Shown here piece after piece: positions 1 through 9,480 of a stretch of 35,262 nt of DNA. Each line of letters opens with the position of its first letter. Within the stretch, counting starts at the first letter, position 1. Origin of the DNA: Pseudobdellovibrio sp. (GTDB lineage: Bacteria > Bdellovibrionota > Bdellovibrionia > Bdellovibrionales > Bdellovibrionaceae); the NCBI GenBank assembly GCA_040080445.1, contig JBEBIK010000001.1:1-35262 (forward strand), in the 5' to 3' direction. The notes below the pieces were generated by a model. The model saw nothing but the letters and a program-made list of their open reading frames with translations. It had not been told where the DNA came from and did not search any database. The position numbers were made by a program, and so were the translations under genes.

Positions 1-990
1 ATAATTAACAAAATCAAATTCAATTTTTTTTAAAAACTCTCGTCCACCAGTTTTTTTACTGCCCTTATCAAAAGGGCATTTACTTAAACCATTATCAACT
101 GCCAATTTAGCATCTAAAAAACCAGTTTTATTGGCTTCGGTTAAATTATTGATGAGGGTTGTTTTAACGCCTTTAAAAATCGGCTCTCCATCTAAATCTA
201 ATTCTTTATCTGCTTCTTTAGATAAATTTTTAGCTAACATTTCAAGAAGTCGGGTACGAAGAAGAGTTTCCGAAGAATAGGCCGAAATAAATCGCGAAAA
301 AACGGTAGCGCTTGTAGGCCCAAGTTTTTCACATAATCTCTGAGTTAAAAGATTTACATTATCGATAGCTGTATTAATTGAGCCAGCAACATTACCACCT
401 AAAGGAACTGTAATGCCAGAAGCATTAGGAATAGTTCTAATAGTGTAAGCACTTGTAAAACCGTCACAACCAATACGACATGTTGTTTCTGTGCTCGCTA
501 CCCAATCCGTAAACCCGCTATGTCCGATGCAAAAAAAAGGTATGTCTTGGGTGCCTTGAACACCGGTTGGAGTTGCACATTTTGGTAAATCTGCATTTCT
601 ACCATTAAACGCAAAATTTGATCCGTCGTTTTCAAATGGAAAAGCTTGGCTAGGAGGCCTGTCTCTATCCTTCTGAAACCCAAACGTCCCCAAAATCCGA
701 TATCGCCAAGTCATCAATTTCCAAGTTTGTTTAATCTGAAAATTAACATGCGCAATTGCATTTAGCACTTCGGCCTGTTTTCCGGCTCCGTAATACGCCG
801 CTAAATCTACAGACTGTTGTAAATTAATTTTTTGATGAACTAAAAGACCTACGTTTATAAGAAGAGCAAAAAAAACGAAAACCACTTGAAAGATTAACGC
901 CACAAAAATAGCCACTTGACCCTTCTGATTACGGCGGGTCAATACAAAGCGATTAGGTTTTGTGGTTCTATCTTGAGTAATTTCGTTCAT
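1..990 (-). CDS. Tad/Flp pilus-associated TadE/TadG-like protein (3'-truncated by window edge; absent from ORF track)
   Basis: Manual translation from ATG at 990 gives MNEITQDRTTKPNRFVLTRRNQKGQVAIFVALIFQVVFVFFALLINVGLLVHQKINLQQSVDLAAYYGA. This has a basic-KG|Q prepilin-like site, a hydrophobic helix and the LQxxxDxAA Tad motif. No stop was seen in the portions of the frame checked (5' part and near position 1). Confidence 0.8.
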   Translation of the reverse strand, partial: MNEITQDRTTKPNRFVLTRRNQKGQVAIFVALIFQVVFVFFALLINVGLLVHQKINLQQSVDLAAYYGAGKQAEVLNAIAHVNFQIKQTWKLMTWRYRILGTFGFQKDRDRPPSQAFPFENDGSNFAFNGRNADLPKCATPTGVQGTQDIPFFCIGHSGFTDWVASTETTCRIGCDGFTSAYTIRTIPNASGITVPLGGNVAGSINTAIDNVNLLTQRLCEKLGPTSATVFSRFISAYSSETLLRTRLLEMLAKNLSKEADKELDLDGEPIFKGVKTTLINNLTEANKTGFLDAKLAVDNGLSKCPFDKGSKKTGGREFLKKIEFDFVNY

Positions 991-1156
991 TCCCACTTTT
1001 ATTTTAGACTGAATTTAGGAGCAAACAACAGAAGCTTGTAACAAGAGGGGTATTTTTTAACGAACCCGACCTAAGTTGAGACGCTGAGTAAGCCTAATTG
1101 AATAGATGTGCTTACTTATCTAAAATAAATCAACTCTAGATCAACAAGGAAACCAA

Positions 1157-1933
1157 ATGAACTTTTTTAAAGCTTTGTCTGTAATTGCAATTTTATTAAC
1201 ACTTTCTTTAAACGCGCACGCCGAAATTTTATTTGAAGGTTATTACAAAGTAACTCAATTTAAAAAACACATTGGTTTTTTGGTTTTACGCCACGAAATA
1301 GACGATAAAACTAAAAATTTTAAAACCACGAGCTTTATTAAATTAGGTAAGGGTGGTTTTGATTTAAGTGAGTCTTATCAAGCTGTTTCTACTGGTGATT
1401 TGGCTCCGGTGAGTATTAATTATTTAGCGGCTGGCGATCGTAAAACTAAAACTATTGATGTTAAATTTAAAGATCAAAAAATGACTGGAATGGTTGTTGA
1501 AGACGGTAAAAAAACTAAAGTGAGCGAAAAAATACCAAAAGGTGTTTTCTTGTCTTCGGCACTTTATTATTTAATGCTTAAAAGTAAAGATGGTTTAAAA
1601 AACGACTCTAAATTTGACTATGTTGCTATTACTGAAGAAGGCCCTGTAGCCATGAAGGGTACAGTTAATGTTGATAAAAAAATGACAACTCAAGGGTCTT
1701 TACAATTACTTAAAATTTCAAATTACTTTGCAGGATCTGAATACGACAACTTAGTTACTTCACGCGGTGAAGTGGTTTCGGCCAGCACTCCTGCTACTAG
1801 TATTGAGTCTGAATTAGTTAAAACTAAAGAAGAGGCTACTGATGGAGTTAAGCTTGCCGCTGGTACTCTTGAAAAAATATTTGGCGATACGCCTTCAGGC
1901 AAAATTAACGTTTATCAATCAAAAGGCAAATAA
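1157..1933 (+). CDS. Secreted/periplasmic hypothetical protein
   Basis: 258-aa ORF with AAGGA RBS and a Sec signal peptide ending AHA. It is 3 nt upstream of nagZ. Confidence 0.75.
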   Translation: MNFFKALSVIAILLTLSLNAHAEILFEGYYKVTQFKKHIGFLVLRHEIDDKTKNFKTTSFIKLGKGGFDLSESYQAVSTGDLAPVSINYLAAGDRKTKTIDVKFKDQKMTGMVVEDGKKTKVSEKIPKGVFLSSALYYLMLKSKDGLKNDSKFDYVAITEEGPVAMKGTVNVDKKMTTQGSLQLLKISNYFAGSEYDNLVTSRGEVVSASTPATSIESELVKTKEEATDGVKLAAGTLEKIFGDTPSGKINVYQSKGK

Positions 1934-1936
1934 CAT

Positions 1937-3052
1937 ATGAGCATTCGTGAACTAATCGGCCAGCACATGTTAATCGGCGTTTCAGGTGCCGCTCTAACAG
2001 AATCAGAAAAAAAGTTTATCGTCGAAAATAATATTTCAGGCGTTGTGCTTTTTGCAAGAAACTGCATCGAACCAAAACAAATTCGTGATCTGTGCGCTGA
2101 GATTCAATCTCTTCGTCACAAAATGAAAGACAAAGCTCCTCTTTTTATCGGTATAGATATGGAGGGCGGCCGCGTTCACCGCTTAAAGCCACCGTTTACG
2201 CAGTGGCCAGCACTTAAAAAAATTGGCGATTTAGACGCGCCTACAGTGGCTTTTCATTTTACTCAGAGAATGGGCACCGAATTAATGGCTGTCGGAATTA
2301 ATCTGGATTTTGCTCCTTGTATAGATGTTTACACCAACCCCGCAAACACCGTTATTGGCGACCGCGCGGTAAGTACAGATCCACACCAAGTTGAAAAAAT
2401 GGCGTCGGCATTAGTTCGTGGTTATATTAAATCGGGTGTGCTTTCTTGTGCTAAACATTTTCCGGGTCATGGTCATACGATTATAGATTCGCACGAAGAA
2501 CTTCCGATTGAAGATGCCGATATGGCTCGTTTAAACGAAGTTGAACTCGTGCCCTTCCGTAAAGCACTCAGAAGCCGCGTTGATATGGTTATGACGGCTC
2601 ACATTTTATTTAAAAATGTAGATCCTAAATGGCCGGTTACGCTTTCAGAAATTTTTCTTAAAAAAATGATGCGCGACGATCTTAAATATAAAGGTTTAGT
2701 TATTACAGACGACCTCGATATGAAAGCCATGGCCAAACACTACGATAAAGATCAAATTCCTATACGCGCCATGCAAGCAGGGGCTGATTTACTTCTTTAC
2801 TGTAACGAACCGGACTCTCCGCCGGTAGCTATTGAAGGACTCATGAGTGCAGTGGCACAAGGTCAGCTTAATAAATCAGATCTCGAACAAACTCATAAAA
2901 AAATTATGGATGTTAAGAAGCTTAAGTTGTTAAATCCAGATCCACGCCCGATTGAAGATGCGATGCAAATTATTGGATGTGACGAACATAAGTATTTAGC
3001 AGACTGCATACGCAACGGAAAAATGCCTGAAGGCCTAGTAGACGAAGTCTAA
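1937..3052 (+). CDS. nagZ: Beta-N-acetylhexosaminidase (GH3)
   Basis: Motifs GVVLFARN, IDMEGGRVHR, KHFPGHG..DSH and ITDDLDMKA. Confidence 0.93.
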   Translation: MSIRELIGQHMLIGVSGAALTESEKKFIVENNISGVVLFARNCIEPKQIRDLCAEIQSLRHKMKDKAPLFIGIDMEGGRVHRLKPPFTQWPALKKIGDLDAPTVAFHFTQRMGTELMAVGINLDFAPCIDVYTNPANTVIGDRAVSTDPHQVEKMASALVRGYIKSGVLSCAKHFPGHGHTIIDSHEELPIEDADMARLNEVELVPFRKALRSRVDMVMTAHILFKNVDPKWPVTLSEIFLKKMMRDDLKYKGLVITDDLDMKAMAKHYDKDQIPIRAMQAGADLLLYCNEPDSPPVAIEGLMSAVAQGQLNKSDLEQTHKKIMDVKKLKLLNPDPRPIEDAMQIIGCDEHKYLADCIRNGKMPEGLVDEV

Positions 3053-3056
3053 AGAC

Positions 3057-3094
3057 AAAAGAAAAAGGCCCACAAATTTCTTTGTGAGCCTTTT
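3057..3094 (-). terminator. Intrinsic terminator, better on the minus strand, possibly bidirectional
   Basis: Minus strand reads GGCTCACAAA-GAAA-TTTGTGGGCC-TTTTTCTTTT (G.U pair, GAAA loop, U tract). On the plus strand the same position is a C.A mismatch. Confidence 0.8.
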
Positions 3095-3119
3095 CATTAT
3101 TTTAATATAATAAAATTAA

Positions 3120-3251
3120 CTATTTATCGCCGAATAAAGCTTTTTTAGTTTTAGTAGAACCTTTAGTTCTTAAGCCAGCTTTTCTTTTTTTGCCAGAAGT
3201 CGCTTTTTTGCGTTCGCGGATGTATTCAGTTTTTTTCGTTTTAGATGCCAT
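3120..3251 (-). CDS. 43-aa highly basic small protein (absent from ORF track)
   Basis: MASKTKKTEYIRERKKATSGKKRKAGLRTKGSTKTKKALFGDK*. GAGGT RBS just upstream of the ATG and a strand-matched terminator downstream. Confidence 0.8.
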   Translation of the reverse strand: MASKTKKTEYIRERKKATSGKKRKAGLRTKGSTKTKKALFGDK

Positions 3252-3300
3252 TTTTTACCTCGTGTTAATAATTAAGCAAAGACAAAGTCTCGCTTTTTTA

Positions 3301-4125
3301 TCAAAAAGGAATACCTAAGTCAATTAAGTGCTTATCTTCTGTTTTATCTGCCGTATTTGAAATAAAGGCGTAATGAAGCCCAAATTGAGGTCCAGTAAAG
3401 CCCAATCCTGCTGAAATATAGTCCTTAGCTGTAACTTGGTTATTCTGGTAACCCAACCGAAAAACCACGTAATCATTGATGTAATTCTCTAAACCGCCCA
3501 TATAAACGAGCTTATCTGTTTTATTATCTGGAGCCGACTCCACATCGAATCTAAGTCTAGCAAAACTCCTATAAGTATAGCTCATACCGAGACCTATAGT
3601 TCTTGGGGTTTGTAAAGCATCTGGCAGAGCTACGCTTCCTGCCGCTAGTTTTTTTGCAACTAAACCTATGCCAAAATTTTTCGTAAAGGCCACCGTGGCC
3701 GCAAAGTCGAATGCAGCTTGACGGTATTTCTGCTCAATTCCACCTGTAAAATAATTGGTGTATTCCACCATAGAAGCAGTTCCGCCAAGTGCTACTTTAT
3801 TCCAACGTGGTGTCGCAAAACTTATTCCTAGTTGTTGTGTATCAACGGCTGTAGCTGTAGTTCTTAAAAAACTGAGGCCTGCAGGAAAATAAGCGTCTTG
3901 GCCATTATCAGAAACCACCATAGCCCATTGGTCTGATGAGTAATTCACCGAAAAATTTTTACGTGGTAAATCTGAAAGAATAGCGGGATTTAGCAAAACT
4001 CCGTCGACGGATTCGATCGCACCCCGTCCAGAGCCTCCCGTTGCCGTAGAAACAGCACCAATAACGGCAAAAGAATTAACTGAAAATGTAAAACAGCTTA
4101 TTAAAATTAAAATGCTTTTTTTCAT
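3301..4125 (-). CDS. Putative outer-membrane beta-barrel (PorV/FadL-like)
   Basis: Signal peptide, N-terminal NPA motif, alternating aromatic/Gly beta-strands and C-terminal Phe. Confidence 0.65.
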   Translation of the reverse strand: MKKSILILISCFTFSVNSFAVIGAVSTATGGSGRGAIESVDGVLLNPAILSDLPRKNFSVNYSSDQWAMVVSDNGQDAYFPAGLSFLRTTATAVDTQQLGISFATPRWNKVALGGTASMVEYTNYFTGGIEQKYRQAAFDFAATVAFTKNFGIGLVAKKLAAGSVALPDALQTPRTIGLGMSYTYRSFARLRFDVESAPDNKTDKLVYMGGLENYINDYVVFRLGYQNNQVTAKDYISAGLGFTGPQFGLHYAFISNTADKTEDKHLIDLGIPF

Positions 4126-4164
4126 GAAATTACGCTAGCAGAATAAAACTTAAAAAACCAGACC

Positions 4165-5685
4165 TTAGAAGCTTGTACTGGCTCTAGAACAAATACTGGC
4201 GTACTGAGCACAGCGACCTAGCCTTTGGGCTGCTGCTCCGCTAAGGCCACCCGTATAGGTAACGCCCATTTGAGGTGCGCGAGATAAGTAACACTCAAAT
4301 GAAGGGTCGTACTGCACACCAATGTCTTCGGTTAAATTTGATAGAACTATGCCCGTTGTTGGCAAGTAACAATCGGCTGCTTTGCTCACTATACAAAGAG
4401 GTCTCGCAATTGTATTGGTAGGAGCATTTTCAAATACTCTGGTCGCGACTGAATAAGTGGTATTTTTTTTATAAAAAAGACCTATCGTCCACTTGTCTTC
4501 GCCATAGTGACGACGTATCAGTTTTACTTTGGCTGCAACAGTAGCATTTGTTAAATCACTGGCTATTAGCTCAGTACATGAAGGCTCGCTAGCTTTTCTG
4601 TTATTGAGTTGATTTTGTTTTACGATAACAAAGTTATCGCAAGTCCAAGACGCTCCCGACACCGTTCTGCCGTCTTCTAAGTTTTTTTCAGTAACCCGAT
4701 TTAGATAATTCTTTTTCCAGCTCGATAAGCCCGCATTCTTAGTAGCAAAACTTAATTCGTAAGAGCGGCCATAAGCTTTTCTCAAGTCTGTTTCTGAAGG
4801 TCTTCTTAGGGAGTTTAGTCCAAAACTGGGAGTCGAATCACTCGATGACGTTAAGGTTTGATTACCAAAAGTTACAGCTAGAACATAGTTAAAAGAATTA
4901 AACTTAGACCTAACTATATCTGAGTATTGTTCGCCAACACCTTGACCATCATCGGCAGTTGCAACTGGAGGAAAAGATTCATCAGAAGAGCTTGAATAAC
5001 CCAAGCTGGCCTCTAAAGCCACAGGACCTGATTTGCTTCCTAAATTATAAACACGCGGTCCTTCAGATAAAACCGATCCAGCTGGACCAAATTGCACACT
5101 TTGAGTAATCGCAGTTAGTATAGGATCTTGCGAAAGCACTGGGCTCATATATAGACCGTCGCGGCCAAAAACAATATTCCCTGTAGATGATGGTTGAATT
5201 ATATCTTGTACAACTTTTAAGTCGGCTGTGGTTCTCACCGCAAACTGAATCTGCAACTCTTTGTTAGCTGTAGAGTTTTCTAAAATATATTTAATTTGCG
5301 AAGAACTAACTGATGTATTCGGAAAATTAGGAGGAACATTTTTAGCTAAATACTGTAAAAATTCAGACTTAAGCTTAACGCCAGCTTTAACGGCACCGCT
5401 GCCAGCTGTATCTACAAAACCTTCATTGGCCCCAATTTTAATACCATGTATATAGTCACTTGCGTTTAAACCAATACCTACGCAAGAGTTGTAAGAAATC
5501 GTATCCACAGCCACATCATAGGCAAAAGGAACTTTATCGAGAACCGCAGTCGCAACATCTGCGTCGGAGGTTTGCGAGGTTAATAAACTTTTTCCTTGTT
5601 GTACTGTACAGCCAAAAATAGCCACAGACGCTATTAAGGCAGAAATAGCAATTATTGGTTTTCTCAGAGCAAGACTTTTCATCAT
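4165..5685 (-). CDS. Large Cys-containing lipoprotein of unknown function
   Basis: Start revised to the ATGs at 5685/5682 (MMKSLALRK...SVAIFG|C lipobox). The ORF-track start at 5769 overlaps the divergent gene. Several Cys residues lie in the C-terminal third. Confidence 0.7.
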   Translation of the reverse strand: MMKSLALRKPIIAISALIASVAIFGCTVQQGKSLLTSQTSDADVATAVLDKVPFAYDVAVDTISYNSCVGIGLNASDYIHGIKIGANEGFVDTAGSGAVKAGVKLKSEFLQYLAKNVPPNFPNTSVSSSQIKYILENSTANKELQIQFAVRTTADLKVVQDIIQPSSTGNIVFGRDGLYMSPVLSQDPILTAITQSVQFGPAGSVLSEGPRVYNLGSKSGPVALEASLGYSSSSDESFPPVATADDGQGVGEQYSDIVRSKFNSFNYVLAVTFGNQTLTSSSDSTPSFGLNSLRRPSETDLRKAYGRSYELSFATKNAGLSSWKKNYLNRVTEKNLEDGRTVSGASWTCDNFVIVKQNQLNNRKASEPSCTELIASDLTNATVAAKVKLIRRHYGEDKWTIGLFYKKNTTYSVATRVFENAPTNTIARPLCIVSKAADCYLPTTGIVLSNLTEDIGVQYDPSFECYLSRAPQMGVTYTGGLSGAAAQRLGRCAQYASICSRASTSF

Positions 5686-5759
5686 AATCATATTAACACA
5701 TTCTGTTAGTTCATTCTTAAAATACTCAACTTCTTGTACCATTATGATATATTTTCGGT

Positions 5760-6545
5760 ATGAAAACATTCTTACTCTGTCTTACCCTGACAATCGTCCA
5801 GCTCTTTTCAAGTGTTTCGATGGCCTATATTTTACCAATCGAAACTATTTTAAATAAAAACACCGCCCTGGCTGGCAATGGCATTATATCTATTGAACAA
5901 GACGTTATCTTTAAAGAAGGCAATAAAGAGTACGTTATCCACGAACAATGGCTTATTGAGGGTGATAAAAATTTAAAACTAACCGCCATCGGAACTGGCG
6001 AACTCAAAGATTTATTTAAAGTGCATTATCTTTATAACAACAAAAATAAAACTCAAATTATTGGAAAAAATAAAATAGTTAACGAAAGTTCGCGCGAGTT
6101 TTTTGAAAAATTTCTGGTTATTAAATCTTCTGACTCTTATCGCTCTTATTTAAAAGACTTAAATATTTCGTCTAACGTGCGCCTGTCGCGCGCAGGCGGC
6201 AGCATTTGTTTTGCTATTGGCGACGCTTCAACCGATAAAGCCCTTTCTCCACAATTTTGGATCGATCAAGATTTTTTTAGACTCAAAAAAATTCGTCTTC
6301 CTAGCGAAACTGAAATCGAATTCGCAGACTATAAAGAATATGGAGATCTTAACTACCCTATGTCTAAGCAAGTCGATTGGGCTGACAAAAGCGTCAATAT
6401 TAAAGTTACAAAAGTTTCGACTAAAACCGGAGAAACTATTAAGTCTTTTTACCCAGAAAGTCTTGATCTTCCGTCAGAAATTACTCTTAATGCTAAAGGC
6501 GCTGTAGGGCTACGCATCGAAGAATTTTATAAGAGGTTTAGATGA
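5760..6545 (+). CDS. Secreted hypothetical protein, possible LolA-like/outer-membrane lipoprotein-sorting fold
   Basis: Signal peptide and a FWIDQD..RL..I..EF.DY pattern typical of LolA-like beta folds. It overlaps priA by 4 nt (ATGA). Confidence 0.55.
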   Translation: MKTFLLCLTLTIVQLFSSVSMAYILPIETILNKNTALAGNGIISIEQDVIFKEGNKEYVIHEQWLIEGDKNLKLTAIGTGELKDLFKVHYLYNNKNKTQIIGKNKIVNESSREFFEKFLVIKSSDSYRSYLKDLNISSNVRLSRAGGSICFAIGDASTDKALSPQFWIDQDFFRLKKIRLPSETEIEFADYKEYGDLNYPMSKQVDWADKSVNIKVTKVSTKTGETIKSFYPESLDLPSEITLNAKGAVGLRIEEFYKRFR

Positions 6546-8578
6546 GTGTTGCCGAAACCGTCTCGGTTGCGGTTGACGCTCCATTTTTAGAAAATTTAAC
6601 TTATCTACAAAATGAAAACTTCAACTCAAAGCGCGGAGACATAGTACATGTTCCGCTAGGTACGCGCTCTGTTTTGGGTGTTGTTATTGGTCAAACTACA
6701 ACAACTGTTGAAGAAAATCCAAAATACAAGTTAAAGCCCATCAAAAGCCAACATGAAGAACTTTCTTGTCTTCCCGAACCCCATATCAAATGGCTTGAGT
6801 GGATGGCTGATTACTATATGTATCCACTTGGACAGGCTGTGCAGTTCTGCTTTCCCCCGCTTGATAAAACTAAAAAAGAGCGCAAAAGTAATCGTCCGGC
6901 CGTGACCCCCTTTGTCGAAAAAAGAACTCAACATCAACTTAATGATGAGCAGCAAAGCGCGGTCGATAACATCTATAAACAAAAAGGATTTTCGACTCAT
7001 CTACTTCACGGAGTAACGGGTTCCGGAAAAACAGAAATTTACCTCGAGCTTTTTGAAAAAGTTATGGCCGATGGTAAGCGTGGAATTTTTTTACTTCCCG
7101 AAATTTCATTAACTCCTCAGCTTATCAATAGATTTTCTGCACGATTTGGCGATCAAATTGCAGTTCTTCACTCTCAACTCACCGACCGCGAGCGCACCAA
7201 TCAATGGTGGGATATGGTTGAGGGGCGCAAAAAGATTTTAATCGGAGCCAGATCTGCATTATTTTGCCCGATCGATAATATTGGATTGATTGTGGTCGAT
7301 GAAGAACATGAATCAAGCTATAAGCAAGATGAAACCTTAAAATATAACGGTCGCGATAGTGCTATTATGCTGGGGCATTTCAACCAGTGCCCAGTTGTTT
7401 TAGGCTCTGCAACGCCCTCGCTCGAGTCTTGGAAAAATGCGGAAGATAAAAAATTTGTACTTCATCAAATAAAAAATCGCGTTAACAATCGTCCGCTTCC
7501 CAAAATTCAAGTTATTGATATGCGGCTCGAAAAAGAATTAGAAAAGAAAAGTCTTGAAAAGCCCAGTTGGCTTTCTGAAAAACTTTACAGCGAAATTAAA
7601 TTTAGCTTGGTTAATAACGAGCAAGTGGCGCTTCTTTTAAATAGACGTGGAATGGCACAAACTGTTTTTTGCCCGAGCTGTGGACACACAACTGAATGTC
7701 CTAATTGCGACATCAGCCTCACATTACATGGTAGTGCTCACTTGGTTTGCCACTATTGCGATTACCACCAAAACTTTAAAGTTAAATGTCCGGATTGCAA
7801 AGATGGCGAACTTGTTAATTTAGGTCTCGGTACCGAAAAGGTTGAAGAAGATTTAAACAGACTTTTTCCAAATAAAGTTATCGCGCGTGCCGACCGCGAC
7901 GAAGTGAGTTCGCGCACGGATATGGAAGAACTTGTGCTCAAAATGGAAAAGTCTGAAATCGATATTTTAATTGGCACACAGATGATTGCTAAAGGCTTAG
8001 ATTTTTCTAATTTAAAACTAGTGGGGCTTGTGCTTGCCGACATCAGCTTTAATCTTCCCGATTTTCGTGCCACCGAAAAAAGCTTTCAGCTTATAACTCA
8101 GATGAGTGGGAGATCGGGGCGTCATGTAAAAGATAATGAATCCGCGGGCCGCGTGGTGATTCAAACCTACAACACTGAGCACGAAAGTATTCAATTCTCA
8201 AAAAATCATGATTATGAAGGTTTTGTTACTAACGAGTTAGTGAACAGAAAACAGCTTAATTATCCACCATTTCATAAACTCTGCTCTATTCGCATTCAAG
8301 CTCCAGAGCTTGAGAAAGTGAAATTAACGGCTCAGCAACTTTCCGAAAGAGCTTACTCAATTAAAGAGAAATTTGCTGTCTTCGAGTCTGTAGAAGTTCT
8401 GGGGCCTGCTGCGGCTCCAATTGCTAAACTTAGAAACCAATTTCGCTACCATCTTTTGCTTAAATCAGCGCAACCTAAGGCGCTAAATCAATTTATACAA
8501 AAGCTTTTGGGCGATTCTAAATGGATAGCAAAACAAGTAAAAGTTGTTGTTGATATTGACCCTTTGAATTTGTTGTAA
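6542..8578 (+). CDS. priA: Primosomal protein N' (replication restart helicase)
   Basis: GVTGSGKTE, PEISLTPQ, DEEHE, four CxxC pairs, GTQMIAKGLDF and terminal DIDP. Confidence 0.97.
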   Translation: MSVAETVSVAVDAPFLENLTYLQNENFNSKRGDIVHVPLGTRSVLGVVIGQTTTTVEENPKYKLKPIKSQHEELSCLPEPHIKWLEWMADYYMYPLGQAVQFCFPPLDKTKKERKSNRPAVTPFVEKRTQHQLNDEQQSAVDNIYKQKGFSTHLLHGVTGSGKTEIYLELFEKVMADGKRGIFLLPEISLTPQLINRFSARFGDQIAVLHSQLTDRERTNQWWDMVEGRKKILIGARSALFCPIDNIGLIVVDEEHESSYKQDETLKYNGRDSAIMLGHFNQCPVVLGSATPSLESWKNAEDKKFVLHQIKNRVNNRPLPKIQVIDMRLEKELEKKSLEKPSWLSEKLYSEIKFSLVNNEQVALLLNRRGMAQTVFCPSCGHTTECPNCDISLTLHGSAHLVCHYCDYHQNFKVKCPDCKDGELVNLGLGTEKVEEDLNRLFPNKVIARADRDEVSSRTDMEELVLKMEKSEIDILIGTQMIAKGLDFSNLKLVGLVLADISFNLPDFRATEKSFQLITQMSGRSGRHVKDNESAGRVVIQTYNTEHESIQFSKNHDYEGFVTNELVNRKQLNYPPFHKLCSIRIQAPELEKVKLTAQQLSERAYSIKEKFAVFESVEVLGPAAAPIAKLRNQFRYHLLLKSAQPKALNQFIQKLLGDSKWIAKQVKVVVDIDPLNLL

Positions 8579-8592
8579 AATAATAAGCTCAG

Positions 8593-9426
8593 ATGCCTTC
8601 ATGTTCAAGCTGCTCATTAAATGTTCCAGAAATTTATCCTGTAGAAGCACAGCTGCGCGATCGCATACACAAATTAGATCCTGGATTTCCGATAGCAGAT
8701 CAAATGTGCAAATCATGTCTGAATGATTTGCGCAAAAAAGCATACGGCTCTGGCGGAATGCTTTTAGCTCAGGAAAGAGCTAAAGAAGATCGTAAAAAAC
8801 TTCTCTGGCAATCGCGAGTTTCATTGATAAAAAAAGGCCATGCCTTAATGGCCAACAAGCTTTATTCAGAAGCAGCTGTTTCTTATGAAAAATATTTGCG
8901 CGTTCTTGAGCTGGTATTTGATTGTAAACCGGGGCTGTTAAATCCTGAATCTTTGAAAGAGTCTGCAAAAACAGCAGAGCTCACAATTATTGTTGGAGTT
9001 TACTGGGACTTGCTCAGAATTTATGATTCAAGCGACCAATATGCTGATCGTCAAAAACATGCGGCCTTGCAACTTGCAAAATTTATCAACTACACTCCTG
9101 TTTTTCCGGATATCATGAAAAAAGCACAGAAGTTTTTAGCAACAGCTAAACACCCAGAAGTTGTAAAAAGTTTCATCGGTAATGCCAAAAAGAAGCGTAC
9201 GCGCTGTTTTGTTGCCACTTCTGCTTTTGAATCACCCACATCACTTGAGGTGCAGTTTTTGCGCGTTTACCGAGATCAAACATTAAAAAATTCTTACTCA
9301 GGTAGAAAATTTATTTTATTTTATTACAAAATCTCTCCCAGCATTGCTTCTTTTTTAGATCAACAAACTTGGCTAAAACCCTTTGTCAGAGCCATTTTAC
9401 GATTTGTGATTAAACGCGTCAGTTAA
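8593..9426 (+). CDS. CFI-box-CTERM domain protein with N-terminal CxxC pairs and TPR-like helices
   Basis: C-terminal RCFVATSAF...EV..LR.YRD..L....GRKFI.FYYKISP; N-terminal CSSC and CKSC. Confidence 0.75.
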   Translation: MPSCSSCSLNVPEIYPVEAQLRDRIHKLDPGFPIADQMCKSCLNDLRKKAYGSGGMLLAQERAKEDRKKLLWQSRVSLIKKGHALMANKLYSEAAVSYEKYLRVLELVFDCKPGLLNPESLKESAKTAELTIIVGVYWDLLRIYDSSDQYADRQKHAALQLAKFINYTPVFPDIMKKAQKFLATAKHPEVVKSFIGNAKKKRTRCFVATSAFESPTSLEVQFLRVYRDQTLKNSYSGRKFILFYYKISPSIASFLDQQTWLKPFVRAILRFVIKRVS

Positions 9427-9480
9427 TTTTTCTAACGTAAATATCTTGCCACTCGGGGCTCGCTCCGAGATCGTAGTAAT

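Noticed and set aside
498-683. 61-aa minus-strand ORF
   Set aside because: It is an out-of-frame shadow inside the Tad-like gene (1-990).
5686-5769. N-terminal extension of the lipoprotein given by the ORF track
   Set aside because: It overlaps the divergent gene start and pushes the lipobox too far from the N-terminus.
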